A DNA stretch of 64,000 nucleotides, from the IMG/VR virus record IMGVR_UViG_2548876808_000001, positions 174 to 64,173 of that record; one strand, written 5' to 3'. Shown here in pieces: positions 16,973 through 25,819 of the stretch. Both the position numbers and the translations under genes were made by a program. The notes under the pieces were generated by a model. That model did not search any database. It was not told the origin of the DNA and was given only the letters and a program-made list of their open reading frames with translations. How positions within the stretch are numbered: position 1 is the first letter of the stretch; every line of letters starts with the position of its first letter. This stretch comes from a virus. Its lineage: Duplodnaviria; Caudoviricetes.

Positions 16973-18228
16973 TGCATAGTGTATTTCACAATCTTACCGA
17001 CTGGAACAATGAAACCAATTATATGAGCCGTACTGAGAAGACGGTATTTTTTGATTTGTACTCAATGTACTTGCTGAGTGAGAAGCCTATTGATGGGGGC
17101 GATATAGCATTGCTCGAGCGTCGCTTATCTTGCCATTCAGAAGATGAAAAGCAGGCATTGGCATTCGTCCTAAAAGACAAATTCAAAAAGGCTGGCAAGT
17201 ACTACAAGCGTGCCGCTTGGGACAAGATACTAAAAGACTATAAGTGGGGTAAACGTACCAAAGGTAACGCAATCGGTAATGACATTGGTAACGCTGGTAA
17301 CGAAGGCGGTAACGCTGGTAATCATGATAGTAACGTATTAAGTAACGCTGAGAGAGTAGCCAAACACAAGAAAGAACGTAAGGCTATCATAGCTGACCTC
17401 ATTAATACTGGGATTGCTTTCGATAAAAAATCATCTATTGCTAACCTTAGAACGTTGCATGAGAAACACGTGGTAATAGCGGGTAATGAAACTGGTAATC
17501 AAACTAACGCAAAAAACACTGCTATAACCAGTAACTATGAACCAGTAACCAATAACCATCAACCAGTTAGTGAGAACGCCCACACAAACGCTGGCGAGGT
17601 GATTGTTCATGATTCTTTTGTTACCCCCACTGCCAATCAGCCAACAGTTACTCAACCAGTCACAACCAAGGCTGATCAGATCCGCAGTCAGCATTCTAGT
17701 GATATCGAAAACTGGGTAGCGCCAACGATTGACGAGATGCGTGGTGAATTATTCCGTGCTGGCAAGCTGATGCAGTTAACTGAAGACCAGTACGAGTTGC
17801 ATGTTAAGGAATTTAAAGCTCATTACGCTGAACAAGCCCTACTTGGTAAACCGCTATTAACTGATTCAAATCGTAAGGCCAAACTTCGTAAGTGGCTGGC
17901 AGGTGAGATAGATAAACAGAAAATCACTGAAGCGCGTCAGGAAAAGGCGAAAGGCCGCTTTACCACGGATAACGAAAATTGGAGCGGTACCACTGCCAAA
18001 AACTCATCACATTTCGATAGTGACTTACCTCCTATCTACCATCCAAGCCATGAGAATGCTAAGGCCGATGACAACATGCCATTATTTTTGAACGGTTGTA
18101 AGCGTATGCCTTTGCCCGGTATGACCAATCCTGAGACTGAAGCTTATGTAGACAGATATGTTCAACCTGGTGAAGCTCGAGTAGCCGCTTATGACCGGTT
18201 ATTGAACGATATGCAGGAGGCGGTATGA
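16972..18228 (+). CDS. YdaU/DUF1376-type replication initiator
   Basis: N-terminal HNLTDWNNETNYMSRTEKTVFFDLYSMYLLSEKP; internal GN repeats; position after the antirepressor. Confidence 0.75.
   Translation: MHSVFHNLTDWNNETNYMSRTEKTVFFDLYSMYLLSEKPIDGGDIALLERRLSCHSEDEKQALAFVLKDKFKKAGKYYKRAAWDKILKDYKWGKRTKGNAIGNDIGNAGNEGGNAGNHDSNVLSNAERVAKHKKERKAIIADLINTGIAFDKKSSIANLRTLHEKHVVIAGNETGNQTNAKNTAITSNYEPVTNNHQPVSENAHTNAGEVIVHDSFVTPTANQPTVTQPVTTKADQIRSQHSSDIENWVAPTIDEMRGELFRAGKLMQLTEDQYELHVKEFKAHYAEQALLGKPLLTDSNRKAKLRKWLAGEIDKQKITEARQEKAKGRFTTDNENWSGTTAKNSSHFDSDLPPIYHPSHENAKADDNMPLFLNGCKRMPLPGMTNPETEAYVDRYVQPGEARVAAYDRLLNDMQEAV
17263..17347. repeat. eight RGTAAY repeats, candidate iterons (ori)
   Basis: Copies at 17263, 17275, 17287, 17296, 17308, 17317, 17329 and 17341 (spacing 12/9 bp) inside the initiator gene. 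Confidence 0.65.
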
Positions 18229-18686
18229 GTGACGTAGATAATGAGCTTGTCAGAAAGCTAGTAGTTTTACCCAATCATTTATTACTGCCTTTCTTACTGG
18301 GAAATGCTAGTAGATTTGAATGTGACAACAATTACTGGAACGTTTTAGGGACTTGTTGGAAAGCTGCAGGTAGTCATAAAGAACGTGAAAAATGGTTATT
18401 GTTGTTTAGAGCAAAGCGACGCAATCAACACAAAATAATGAAAACTCGTGAACGTCGAGTTTGGCGTCAACTACCTAAAACCATCACTGTATATCGCGCT
18501 GCTACTGATGATAGCGAACTACAGACAGCTATGAGCTGGTCGACAGATAAAGTCTTTGTAGAGCGATACGCCAAAATAGAGAGCCGCATCGTTCTAACTA
18601 GGAAGATTAATAAGAGCGAAGCATGGGCTTACTTTGACAGACGTAAAGAAAGTGAGATTTTGATTATTCCTATGGCTAGCTTATGA
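18225..18686 (+). CDS. putative ADP-ribosyltransferase-fold protein (R-S-ExE)
   Basis: ITVYRA...AMSWSTD...YFDRRKESEILII. Confidence 0.5.
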   Translation: MSDVDNELVRKLVVLPNHLLLPFLLGNASRFECDNNYWNVLGTCWKAAGSHKEREKWLLLFRAKRRNQHKIMKTRERRVWRQLPKTITVYRAATDDSELQTAMSWSTDKVFVERYAKIESRIVLTRKINKSEAWAYFDRRKESEILIIPMASL

Positions 18687-18880
18687 AAACTACGAAGGAT
18701 TTTAGTGTTTCAGGGCTGCAAAAGTCATTTGATACGAAAAACTACGCTTATCAAAATTGGTCTGGTCGAGTGAGAGTGGTTGAGGGCAACCCTTACTACG
18801 ATGACTATGCTAAGTGGTCAGAAGACGGTACCGCTAGAGATCATGAATATGGTGATATTCATTTAAAGAATGATAAGTGA
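18683..18880 (+). CDS. hypothetical phage protein
   Basis: 65 aa, coupled start/stop. Confidence 0.55.
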   Translation: MKTTKDFSVSGLQKSFDTKNYAYQNWSGRVRVVEGNPYYDDYAKWSEDGTARDHEYGDIHLKNDK

Positions 18881-18922
18881 CTGAGGCAGGCAGTTTTGTG
18901 AGGGGGTTCGGTATAACGATCC

Positions 18923-19426
18923 GTGTTGTTGGGACAAAGAAGGGAGAGTATTGGTTTGGCCAAAAAAAGAGGTATCAGTTGGACAGATATAGCTTCTACA
19001 AGCGTTGGCCGGATGAACGCTAATAAAGTTGCTGAGTTATGGCCCTCTAAACAGTCTGCTAAAAAGAGCAAGTATGGGAACGTTAAAACCATTATTGATG
19101 GTATCAAATTTGACAGTAAAGGCGAGTCGCAGCGCTATACGTTTTTAAAGCACATGCAGGCGCTTGGTAGGATCAAAGATTTACGCTTACAGGTACCTTA
19201 TGAGCTCGTCCCAAAGAGTAGGAATGAGGCTGGCAAGGCGATTAGAGCATTAACCTACAAAGCCGACTTTGTTTATATCGATACTAAAACCAATTGTGAA
19301 GTGGTAGAAGATTTTAAAGGTAAGCGCACACAGGATTACATCAATAAAAGTAAGCAGATGAAACAAGTACACGGTATCGAAATATACGAAACTAATCGAA
19401 CCCACCTGAAGGAATATAGGCTATGA
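18923..19426 (+). CDS. DUF1064 family PD-(D/E)xK nuclease
   Basis: SKYGNVKTIIDGIKFDSKGE...LQVPYEL...TYKADFVY...VVEDFKG. Confidence 0.85.
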   Translation: MLLGQRRESIGLAKKRGISWTDIASTSVGRMNANKVAELWPSKQSAKKSKYGNVKTIIDGIKFDSKGESQRYTFLKHMQALGRIKDLRLQVPYELVPKSRNEAGKAIRALTYKADFVYIDTKTNCEVVEDFKGKRTQDYINKSKQMKQVHGIEIYETNRTHLKEYRL

Positions 19427-19614
19427 GTGATAAACGACCCATCACATTAACAGCAAAGGAGCATTGCATTAAAGAGGGGACGCTTTACATTAACGGCCAA
19501 ATCGTTGGAAAAGCTTCGTTAACTATATCTGTCTTTGAGGTTGACGAAAACGAGCACAACACTCAGCGCGAACAAAGACTTGTTGGCCAATCATTAATTG
19601 ATAGCGAGACGTAG
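19423..19614 (+). CDS. hypothetical phage protein
   Basis: 63 aa, ATGA overlap. Confidence 0.55.
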   Translation: MSDKRPITLTAKEHCIKEGTLYINGQIVGKASLTISVFEVDENEHNTQREQRLVGQSLIDSET

Positions 19615-19616
19615 AT

Positions 19617-19928
19617 ATGACCGATATACGAATAGATTGCTTACTTGGCCATGAGATACGCATGATGCGCATGGCCACTGATGGCACCTTACTAACTATG
19701 AGCGATGCGCTTGGCTGGCAAGTATCCAAATTGTCTCGCTATGAGTGCCGTATTGGAGCACTTACCAATGATAGTGACGCTAAGGCCATTGAGGATTATT
19801 GCATAGGCAAGGGTTACACCGTGACTGATTGCCCAAAGGCTTTATCAGGACAGGAAAAGCTAGTCGATCTGAAGCAGATGAAAGCCACCGTCGCCAAATG
19901 GCGCGAGAATGTAGAGGTCAGTAAATGA
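19617..19928 (+). CDS. XRE-like HTH protein
   Basis: GHEIRMMRMA...TMSDALGWQVSKLSRYE. Confidence 0.55.
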   Translation: MTDIRIDCLLGHEIRMMRMATDGTLLTMSDALGWQVSKLSRYECRIGALTNDSDAKAIEDYCIGKGYTVTDCPKALSGQEKLVDLKQMKATVAKWRENVEVSK

Positions 19929-20374
19929 TTCCTAAAAAAGATTGTACAAAAACTGTTTGCCCGCTATGTGAAAGTCGGTGTCAGGCTGGCTCGACTGATA
20001 GTGGTTTTATTGAAAATGACGGTGCTTGCTTCCGCTGTGTTTTTGGAAAAAGTAAGGAGCAAATTCAAACACTGCTGTTGGCTAAAGAAAAATTAAAAGA
20101 GGAAACATTAGATGACGACACGCCAGCACAGACGCTTGGTGATATTGAATGGGATATGGGCAACGACGAGAGATGCGAGAGCATTATAGTGACTGCTTGC
20201 TCTGAATGCGCAAGAACTGTACCTGCTGATAGTGTCCTGATGAAGCTTGATGACCAATTGGCAAAAACTATTCATGAGCTCCGACAAGCCATCGATAACG
20301 ACAATATTGTTAGCTTAGTTAAAGCAGCTTATAGGGTTGTGGATTGCATGCCAGCAAGCGAGGTGAGCGAGTGA
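19925..20374 (+). CDS. hypothetical protein with Cys clusters
   Basis: CPLC...CFRC and CSEC motifs. Confidence 0.65.
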   Translation: MIPKKDCTKTVCPLCESRCQAGSTDSGFIENDGACFRCVFGKSKEQIQTLLLAKEKLKEETLDDDTPAQTLGDIEWDMGNDERCESIIVTACSECARTVPADSVLMKLDDQLAKTIHELRQAIDNDNIVSLVKAAYRVVDCMPASEVSE

Positions 20375-20658
20375 CCTATTTTTTATTCAGCTTTGTGTTC
20401 ATGTTGATGTACGGTTCTTGCGTTGCTGTTCTTGCTTATAAAACTGGCAAGTGCGAGCGAGATAAGCTGATTAAGGGTGTCAATAAGCGTGGAGATCGTC
20501 TCTATTTTTATCGCAGTACCATTAACTACATATTACTTGACCATAAGGTTAAAGATGTAGCGTTAATCGATTTAGCAGGCGAAAAGTGGCATGCGCCTAT
20601 CCACAGTAATTTGTGGATAAAGGACTTCACTGGAAAAATGGATGAGGTGAGTAAGTGA
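20371..20658 (+). CDS. hypothetical membrane-anchored protein
   Basis: GTG start overlapping the previous stop; N-terminal hydrophobic helix. Confidence 0.6.
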   Translation: MTYFLFSFVFMLMYGSCVAVLAYKTGKCERDKLIKGVNKRGDRLYFYRSTINYILLDHKVKDVALIDLAGEKWHAPIHSNLWIKDFTGKMDEVSK

Positions 20659-20876
20659 TGGAATTATTTTACGAAGGACCTAAGCAAGCATTGGTATTAA
20701 TCGTTAGTCCTTGGGCCATGGATGACGAGGTGAGAGCTATTCAAAAGCAGTACATGTTACCTAGTGGCGAAATCCCTGTGTGGTGTTCGCAGAAGATGGA
20801 GCGCGGCAAGTATGCTGTAGCAGACTGCAATGTAGACGATATGGATGCTGAGTACGGTATGGTTTATGAGAGATAA
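20655..20876 (+). CDS. hypothetical phage protein
   Basis: 73 aa, coupled. Confidence 0.55.
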   Translation: MMELFYEGPKQALVLIVSPWAMDDEVRAIQKQYMLPSGEIPVWCSQKMERGKYAVADCNVDDMDAEYGMVYER

Positions 20877-21000
20877 ATAAAAAGCGCCGATGTTGGAAGC
20901 ATCGACGCTTTTGGAATACATAGTTTTTACTGAGCAGCTAAGCATTTTAATTATATAAACATTGTTAGTGGCTTGCAATGTATGACGCTCAGGGGAAGAT

Positions 21001-21708
21001 ATGGCTAAGAAGGTTAAATATTCAAAGCGTGACGTTAAAGAAATCAATGTCATAGTAGGCATGAATCTAGCAGCAGCGCGCCGCAATGCTGGCATGTCCC
21101 AAACTGACGTCATGAAGGCGATATGGGATGTGTCGACCAGTCGCAATCGTATTAGCGAAATTGAGACTGGCAAGAAGGATCTTACTCTTATTGATCTTCT
21201 ACAATTCCAAGAATTGTATGGTCAGTCATTAGATTACATATGCGGGCTATCAGTCGAACCTGAAATCGACATGATGGCAGGCACTGTGAATCATATGGTG
21301 ACACAATCGCGGTCGATGATAGACATGTTAACTGGTGAGCTGGCTGGTGCGATGGTCAATCACTTGAAATCGATATGCCAAAACGACTATGAAGCGCTAT
21401 TGGGCATAGCGAAAGAATTAAGCGATGTTGTCAAAGCCGAGCATAAGTTAAACCGCGCCTCACCAGACATCGTTAAAACTACAAGTAGCTTATTGAGTGT
21501 CATCAACTATATCGAAGCAAAACAAGCGCGCCAGGCTCAAGCTGTTAATACTCAGATGATACAAGTGGCGGAACGTATGGATGCACAGGACAAACATAAA
21601 TTGCTAAGCGATCGTAGCAAAGCATATCAATATAGCTTGCCAATACCTTCTCCTAATCAGATTAACCCGGTAGCGGATGCAGTAGTGACTGGAGGCAAGT
21701 ATGAATAA
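21001..21708 (+). CDS. XRE-family HTH regulator, candidate late-gene activator
   Basis: GMNLAAARRNAGMSQTDVM...RISEIETGKK HTH plus long helical C-terminus; last regulator before the packaging genes. Confidence 0.7.
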   Translation: MAKKVKYSKRDVKEINVIVGMNLAAARRNAGMSQTDVMKAIWDVSTSRNRISEIETGKKDLTLIDLLQFQELYGQSLDYICGLSVEPEIDMMAGTVNHMVTQSRSMIDMLTGELAGAMVNHLKSICQNDYEALLGIAKELSDVVKAEHKLNRASPDIVKTTSSLLSVINYIEAKQARQAQAVNTQMIQVAERMDAQDKHKLLSDRSKAYQYSLPIPSPNQINPVADAVVTGGKYE

Positions 21709-22633
21709 TAGCCCACTACCTGATGACATGTGGGCTGCGGCACGGCTCATATGGGAAAACACAATCAAGATTACTGATGCTGAACTTATTGAACAACTAG
21801 AAGTCAAGTTTAAAGATGATGTGCCTAAATCAACTGGCACAATCAGTAAGCGTCGTAAAAAGGAGGAGTGGGCTAAGAACACACTAGCCGAAGCTGGTAA
21901 GCGAGTGGCAGAGCAGTCAATTACCGCTCCGGTCGGGAATAATTTTGGCGGAAAAAGGAAAAATATTCCACCGAAAACTAATAAAGCACAAAAAGTGGAA
22001 AAATCAGGTGATCAGGAAGAAAGAAAAGGAATAATTGATGGAATAATGAATGAGGTTGTACTTGATGCTAAGGGCCGCGCTTCTATCATTCACAAATACC
22101 GGCGGCGGTATGTCAAAGCTGGCGAGTTGTTTGATCAAGCGTTAGAAGTCACTCTAAGCATAAAAGAACAAGCGGATGAAGTAGATCAATTGCGAGATGC
22201 ATTATTAGAAGAGGCTGATTCGCACGCTAGTGACTTTGAAATAGGCGAGAATGGAAAGATTACTGAAGAGCTTGAAAAGAAAACTCAACTAGCTATGGAA
22301 AAAGTCCAAAAGTCTATGGTACTGAGTAAGGCTTTGACTGATACGGCACTAAGTTTGGCCACTGGCTTAAAAATGTTGTCTGAAGTTGATATGCCTATGT
22401 GCGGTATTACGGCAGAGGACTTTAAAGAATCGGCTCAAGACCGTCGCCTTGGTGCACTTGCCCTCTTGGGTGACATTGACAAAAAAGAGAAAGAGGCGCG
22501 GGATAGGTTGGTACCTGAGCTACATGATCAACTAAGAGCGATTGAAGAGATTGAGGCTAGCGCAGACTTTGGACGTGGAGACTGGCAAGACGATGAAGAG
22601 ATTGACGATGTTGATTACACCACTATCGATTAA
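21701..22633 (+). CDS. PacA-like terminase small subunit
   Basis: N-terminal HTH-like region, coiled-coil middle and acidic tail (DWQDDEEIDDVDY), as in P1 PacA; first gene of the late region. Confidence 0.55.
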   Translation: MNNSPLPDDMWAAARLIWENTIKITDAELIEQLEVKFKDDVPKSTGTISKRRKKEEWAKNTLAEAGKRVAEQSITAPVGNNFGGKRKNIPPKTNKAQKVEKSGDQEERKGIIDGIMNEVVLDAKGRASIIHKYRRRYVKAGELFDQALEVTLSIKEQADEVDQLRDALLEEADSHASDFEIGENGKITEELEKKTQLAMEKVQKSMVLSKALTDTALSLATGLKMLSEVDMPMCGITAEDFKESAQDRRLGALALLGDIDKKEKEARDRLVPELHDQLRAIEEIEASADFGRGDWQDDEEIDDVDYTTID

Positions 22634-22644
22634 AGGATGACCAT

Positions 22645-22971
22645 ATGACAAAGTGTAACCCTATTCCCCCTGGTATGGACTATTGTATTAACTGTCCCAA
22701 AAGGGCTTCAAAAAGCACTAGACCACAATCAAATATTAATCTTGACGATTGCAGACCTTCTAAAGAACCGCTTGAGCCTGATTGGAATACACCAAGCGCT
22801 TCTATAGATAATTATAATCATGACATGCCAGCAACGGGCCATCACGTTATTGAAATCAACTATAAACCCTTTGCCATAATGTTTGCTTGCGGTATGGTGT
22901 TTATGATGTGCCTATGGCTAGTCACTGTCATGCTTATAATGAAGCTGGCATCGGGTAATTTAGGGGTGTAA
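22645..22971 (+). CDS. hypothetical protein with C-terminal TM helix
   Basis: 108 aa. Confidence 0.6.
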   Translation: MTKCNPIPPGMDYCINCPKRASKSTRPQSNINLDDCRPSKEPLEPDWNTPSASIDNYNHDMPATGHHVIEINYKPFAIMFACGMVFMMCLWLVTVMLIMKLASGNLGV

Positions 22972-22976
22972 ATATC

Positions 22977-23003
22977 AAGCCTGTCAATACGACGGGCTTT
23001 TTT
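22977..23003 (+). terminator. intrinsic terminator
   Basis: AAGCCTGTC-AATAC-GACGGGCTT followed by a T run. Confidence 0.7.
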
Positions 23004-23022
23004 GTGGGTAGTGATACCTATA

Positions 23023-23062
23023 GGAACAGCAAAGCGGTCACATCTGTTTTGAGTGAGATAAT
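23023..23062 (+). promoter_or_regulatory. late promoter motif 1 (tape measure)
   Basis: GGAACA-N28-GATAAT. Confidence 0.7.
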
Positions 23063-23095
23063 TTAAGGATTATTAAGCACATAAGGACTTACATT

Positions 23096-25438
23096 ATGAA
23101 TATCTCAGATAGGACCATCTTAGACTACGATGCCAGCGGCTTCATCGTTGGTATCGATCGTATGAGCAAGGGGATCGATAACGTCAGTGATAATACTGAT
23201 GAAATCATCCAAATACTGAAGGCGCAGCGGCAAGTAAGTGACACGCGCATGATCGAACTTGCCCGCGCTGTCAGAGCGATTGAACATCAAATCAGCATCA
23301 ACAATAATCGTAAAAGATCGAGCGAGAGTGGTGGGACACGTCGCGTTCTACCTCCTTCTAACGATACTAGCAGCAATGATCGCATATCAAATAGCGCGCC
23401 CATACATCGTCAACGAGCATCTGACAGAAGCTCAAGCGCTGGAAGTAATGCTGAAGCGGACAACCGAGCAATTAATAGGCGCTCAAGGATCACTAGCGAT
23501 ATTGGTAGTGAGCAACCACCTCAAAGTGACACCGACAGCACTCAAGGGCGCAGGAATAGCGCTGCTAATCGTCAGCGTGACGCTAATGGCCGGTTCACTG
23601 GCGGTAGCACCATCACTGAAGGATCAACCAGCTCTAGGAGTGGTTTCGGTAGAGGTATTGGCAGTACTAATACCAGTGGCGTAGACCCATTAATTGATAG
23701 TTTCAATGAAGCTAAGGATCTGCTGTCGCCACTTACTCGAGGCGCTGGTATGATTGGACGTGGGGCCAAGCTCAGCATATCTAAGCTAAGATCGCTCAAG
23801 CGACGCGAACCCTTGCCAGCGGATCAGTCTCGCCATAACAACGAGAACGAAAAACTGCTCGATAAAATATGGAAGGCTGTTCTTCGATCAGATCGAGGGG
23901 GCGGTAGTGGGGGTGGTTTACTAGGCGGCTTGCTTGGTGGTGGTCGTAATCGTCGTCGTGGGGGGCGAGGCGGCGTTGGCGGTGGTCTTAAGAAGCTGCT
24001 AAAGAAAGTAGGTGGCTTTAAAGGGTTAAGCGTCTTAGCAGGGCTGGCAGGATCAGCTGCCCTGGCAATGGACTGGGACAATCTTGATCATAAGGGTAAG
24101 TCGGCTGGTGTCGGTGGTCTTGCTGGCATGGGCGTGGGTGGCCTAATTGGAGGCACACTTGGCGCAGTCGGTGGCCCAATGGGAATAGCGGCAGGCGCAG
24201 CAATCGGTGGCTGGCTGGGCAGTGAAGGCGGTGAGTGGCTTGGTACCGTCGCTTCACCTCACATCGACAGCTGGACACAAAGCATGATCAGATACAATCT
24301 ACCTGATAAGATGAGTAGTGTTTGGGACGAAGGTATCAAGCCGTTCTTTGCGACTATGATAAGTGCCGCTAGTAACTTTTACGAAGCCTCCTTATCCAAA
24401 GTCTCTGCTGCTATTGATAATGTAGGCAATTTTATTGAAGGCGGTGTAGACGGTATAACTTCTGCAAACGCTGGTGCTAATGGCGCGTCACCAGCACAAT
24501 TAACCAAGCAACAAAATCAGCGACAAATGATGGTTTATGATTCATTCAGAAACGCTGGCTTGTCAGATGCACAGTCACGCGCTATGACAGCGGAAGTAGG
24601 ACGTGAAAATGGATATCAAGATAAATACTTGTTCGGTGGTCATAGTGATCCTGCAAACAACGAATACAATCTTGGTATGTTTTCGTGGCAGAAAGATAGG
24701 GGTAAGAAGCTATACAAGCACTTAAACGGTAAAGGTTTAATAAAAAACGGTAAAATTATTGAGTCACAAGAAGCGCTTAATGAGCAAGCAAAATTTGCTG
24801 TTAATGAGATGCAAACCACTAAAGATTATAGCCGGACTAAACGCGAGTTTTTAGAAAATCCTAATGTAAGTTATGGCAAAGCAACCGAGGTTTTAGGCCG
24901 CAACTATATCCGGTGGCGTCATGATGACCCTAAATACGCAAAGCATCATCAATACCGTGATCAATACAAAGCAGCGCTTGATAAGCAGCTGAAGCCTATT
25001 GAAGATACGAATATCATTGATGAAGCTAAAGACAAAGCCCATAAGGCTGGTACTGCTGTAAGAGAAGCTGTTAAGTCTAGCGCATCGAATGCTAAAGGTT
25101 ACACTGGCAGCTTGATGGGACCTGAAACCAACAAGTTGATTAGGGATAATATTCAACCAACTATACCTGCCAGCAACGATGATGCGTTAGTATTTAAATC
25201 GGCGCTGGGTGTTGCAGCTGGTGGTAGTAGTAGAGGTTATACGCCGCCATCATTACCCACCAAGCCAATGCTTGAGATTCCTAAAATGCCACGTATAAGC
25301 CAGCGTTTGGATAGTGGGAGCGATAATAAACCTATGTTTATCCAAAGCAGCAATGATACAATTTCTCAAAATGTATCAGACAGAGGTTTAGCACATGCAA
25401 TTACGGGCGGGATTGGCAAGGATAGGTACTATGGTTAG
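23096..25438 (+). CDS. tape measure protein with phage-tail lysozyme domain (P1 Sit-like)
   Basis: Gly/Ala-rich hydrophobic middle; AGLSDAQSRAMTAEVGRENG...LGMFSWQKDRGKKL...QAKFAVNEM muramidase-like domain. Confidence 0.8.
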   Translation: MNISDRTILDYDASGFIVGIDRMSKGIDNVSDNTDEIIQILKAQRQVSDTRMIELARAVRAIEHQISINNNRKRSSESGGTRRVLPPSNDTSSNDRISNSAPIHRQRASDRSSSAGSNAEADNRAINRRSRITSDIGSEQPPQSDTDSTQGRRNSAANRQRDANGRFTGGSTITEGSTSSRSGFGRGIGSTNTSGVDPLIDSFNEAKDLLSPLTRGAGMIGRGAKLSISKLRSLKRREPLPADQSRHNNENEKLLDKIWKAVLRSDRGGGSGGGLLGGLLGGGRNRRRGGRGGVGGGLKKLLKKVGGFKGLSVLAGLAGSAALAMDWDNLDHKGKSAGVGGLAGMGVGGLIGGTLGAVGGPMGIAAGAAIGGWLGSEGGEWLGTVASPHIDSWTQSMIRYNLPDKMSSVWDEGIKPFFATMISAASNFYEASLSKVSAAIDNVGNFIEGGVDGITSANAGANGASPAQLTKQQNQRQMMVYDSFRNAGLSDAQSRAMTAEVGRENGYQDKYLFGGHSDPANNEYNLGMFSWQKDRGKKLYKHLNGKGLIKNGKIIESQEALNEQAKFAVNEMQTTKDYSRTKREFLENPNVSYGKATEVLGRNYIRWRHDDPKYAKHHQYRDQYKAALDKQLKPIEDTNIIDEAKDKAHKAGTAVREAVKSSASNAKGYTGSLMGPETNKLIRDNIQPTIPASNDDALVFKSALGVAAGGSSRGYTPPSLPTKPMLEIPKMPRISQRLDSGSDNKPMFIQSSNDTISQNVSDRGLAHAITGGIGKDRYYG

Positions 25439-25745
25439 TTTGTCATTAGGCTTATTCACGTCTGTGCTGGCAAGTGATGACTATGATTGTACGCAGTTAA
25501 TGTATGAGCATGGATTAGCTACGTCAGCGCAGATGAATTGCGGATATGAAAGTTACAGTGAAGCTGTAATTAGTAAAGCCAGTCAATGTATTGCGCTGGC
25601 AGAAGAACATGGTGAGTCAGGTCGATTGAAAGAAACTTTAAAAGAAGGGTTGGCTGATTTTCAAGCAGAGTATGAAGATGCCAGCAATAAAAAAGAGATA
25701 TGTAGTGGATTTGCTGATCAGTTTTCACTATTTGTAAGACCGTGA
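25395..25745 (+). CDS. secreted hypothetical protein (moron)
   Basis: Signal-peptide-like N-terminus, four cysteines. Confidence 0.55.
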   Translation: MQLRAGLARIGTMVSLSLGLFTSVLASDDYDCTQLMYEHGLATSAQMNCGYESYSEAVISKASQCIALAEEHGESGRLKETLKEGLADFQAEYEDASNKKEICSGFADQFSLFVRP

Positions 25746-25819
25746 AAACATGAATGTGTGAAGAAGGGCTTGCGCTTAAAGTGCAGCCCTATTTTTTCAA
25801 CTAAAATTAAGAGAGCTCA

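Noticed and set aside
22000-22540. P1-type pac site made of clustered TGATCA hexamers
   Set aside because: Only three TGATCA copies scattered over about 500 bp, not a tight cluster, and no Dam-like methylase gene in the window
23259-25156. Several alternative-frame and antisense ORFs over the tape measure gene (and similar shadows such as 6623, 17431, 30356, 46958, 59672)
   Set aside because: They lie wholly within longer ORFs that have recognisable motifs and coupled starts/stops, and have no motif or RBS support of their own
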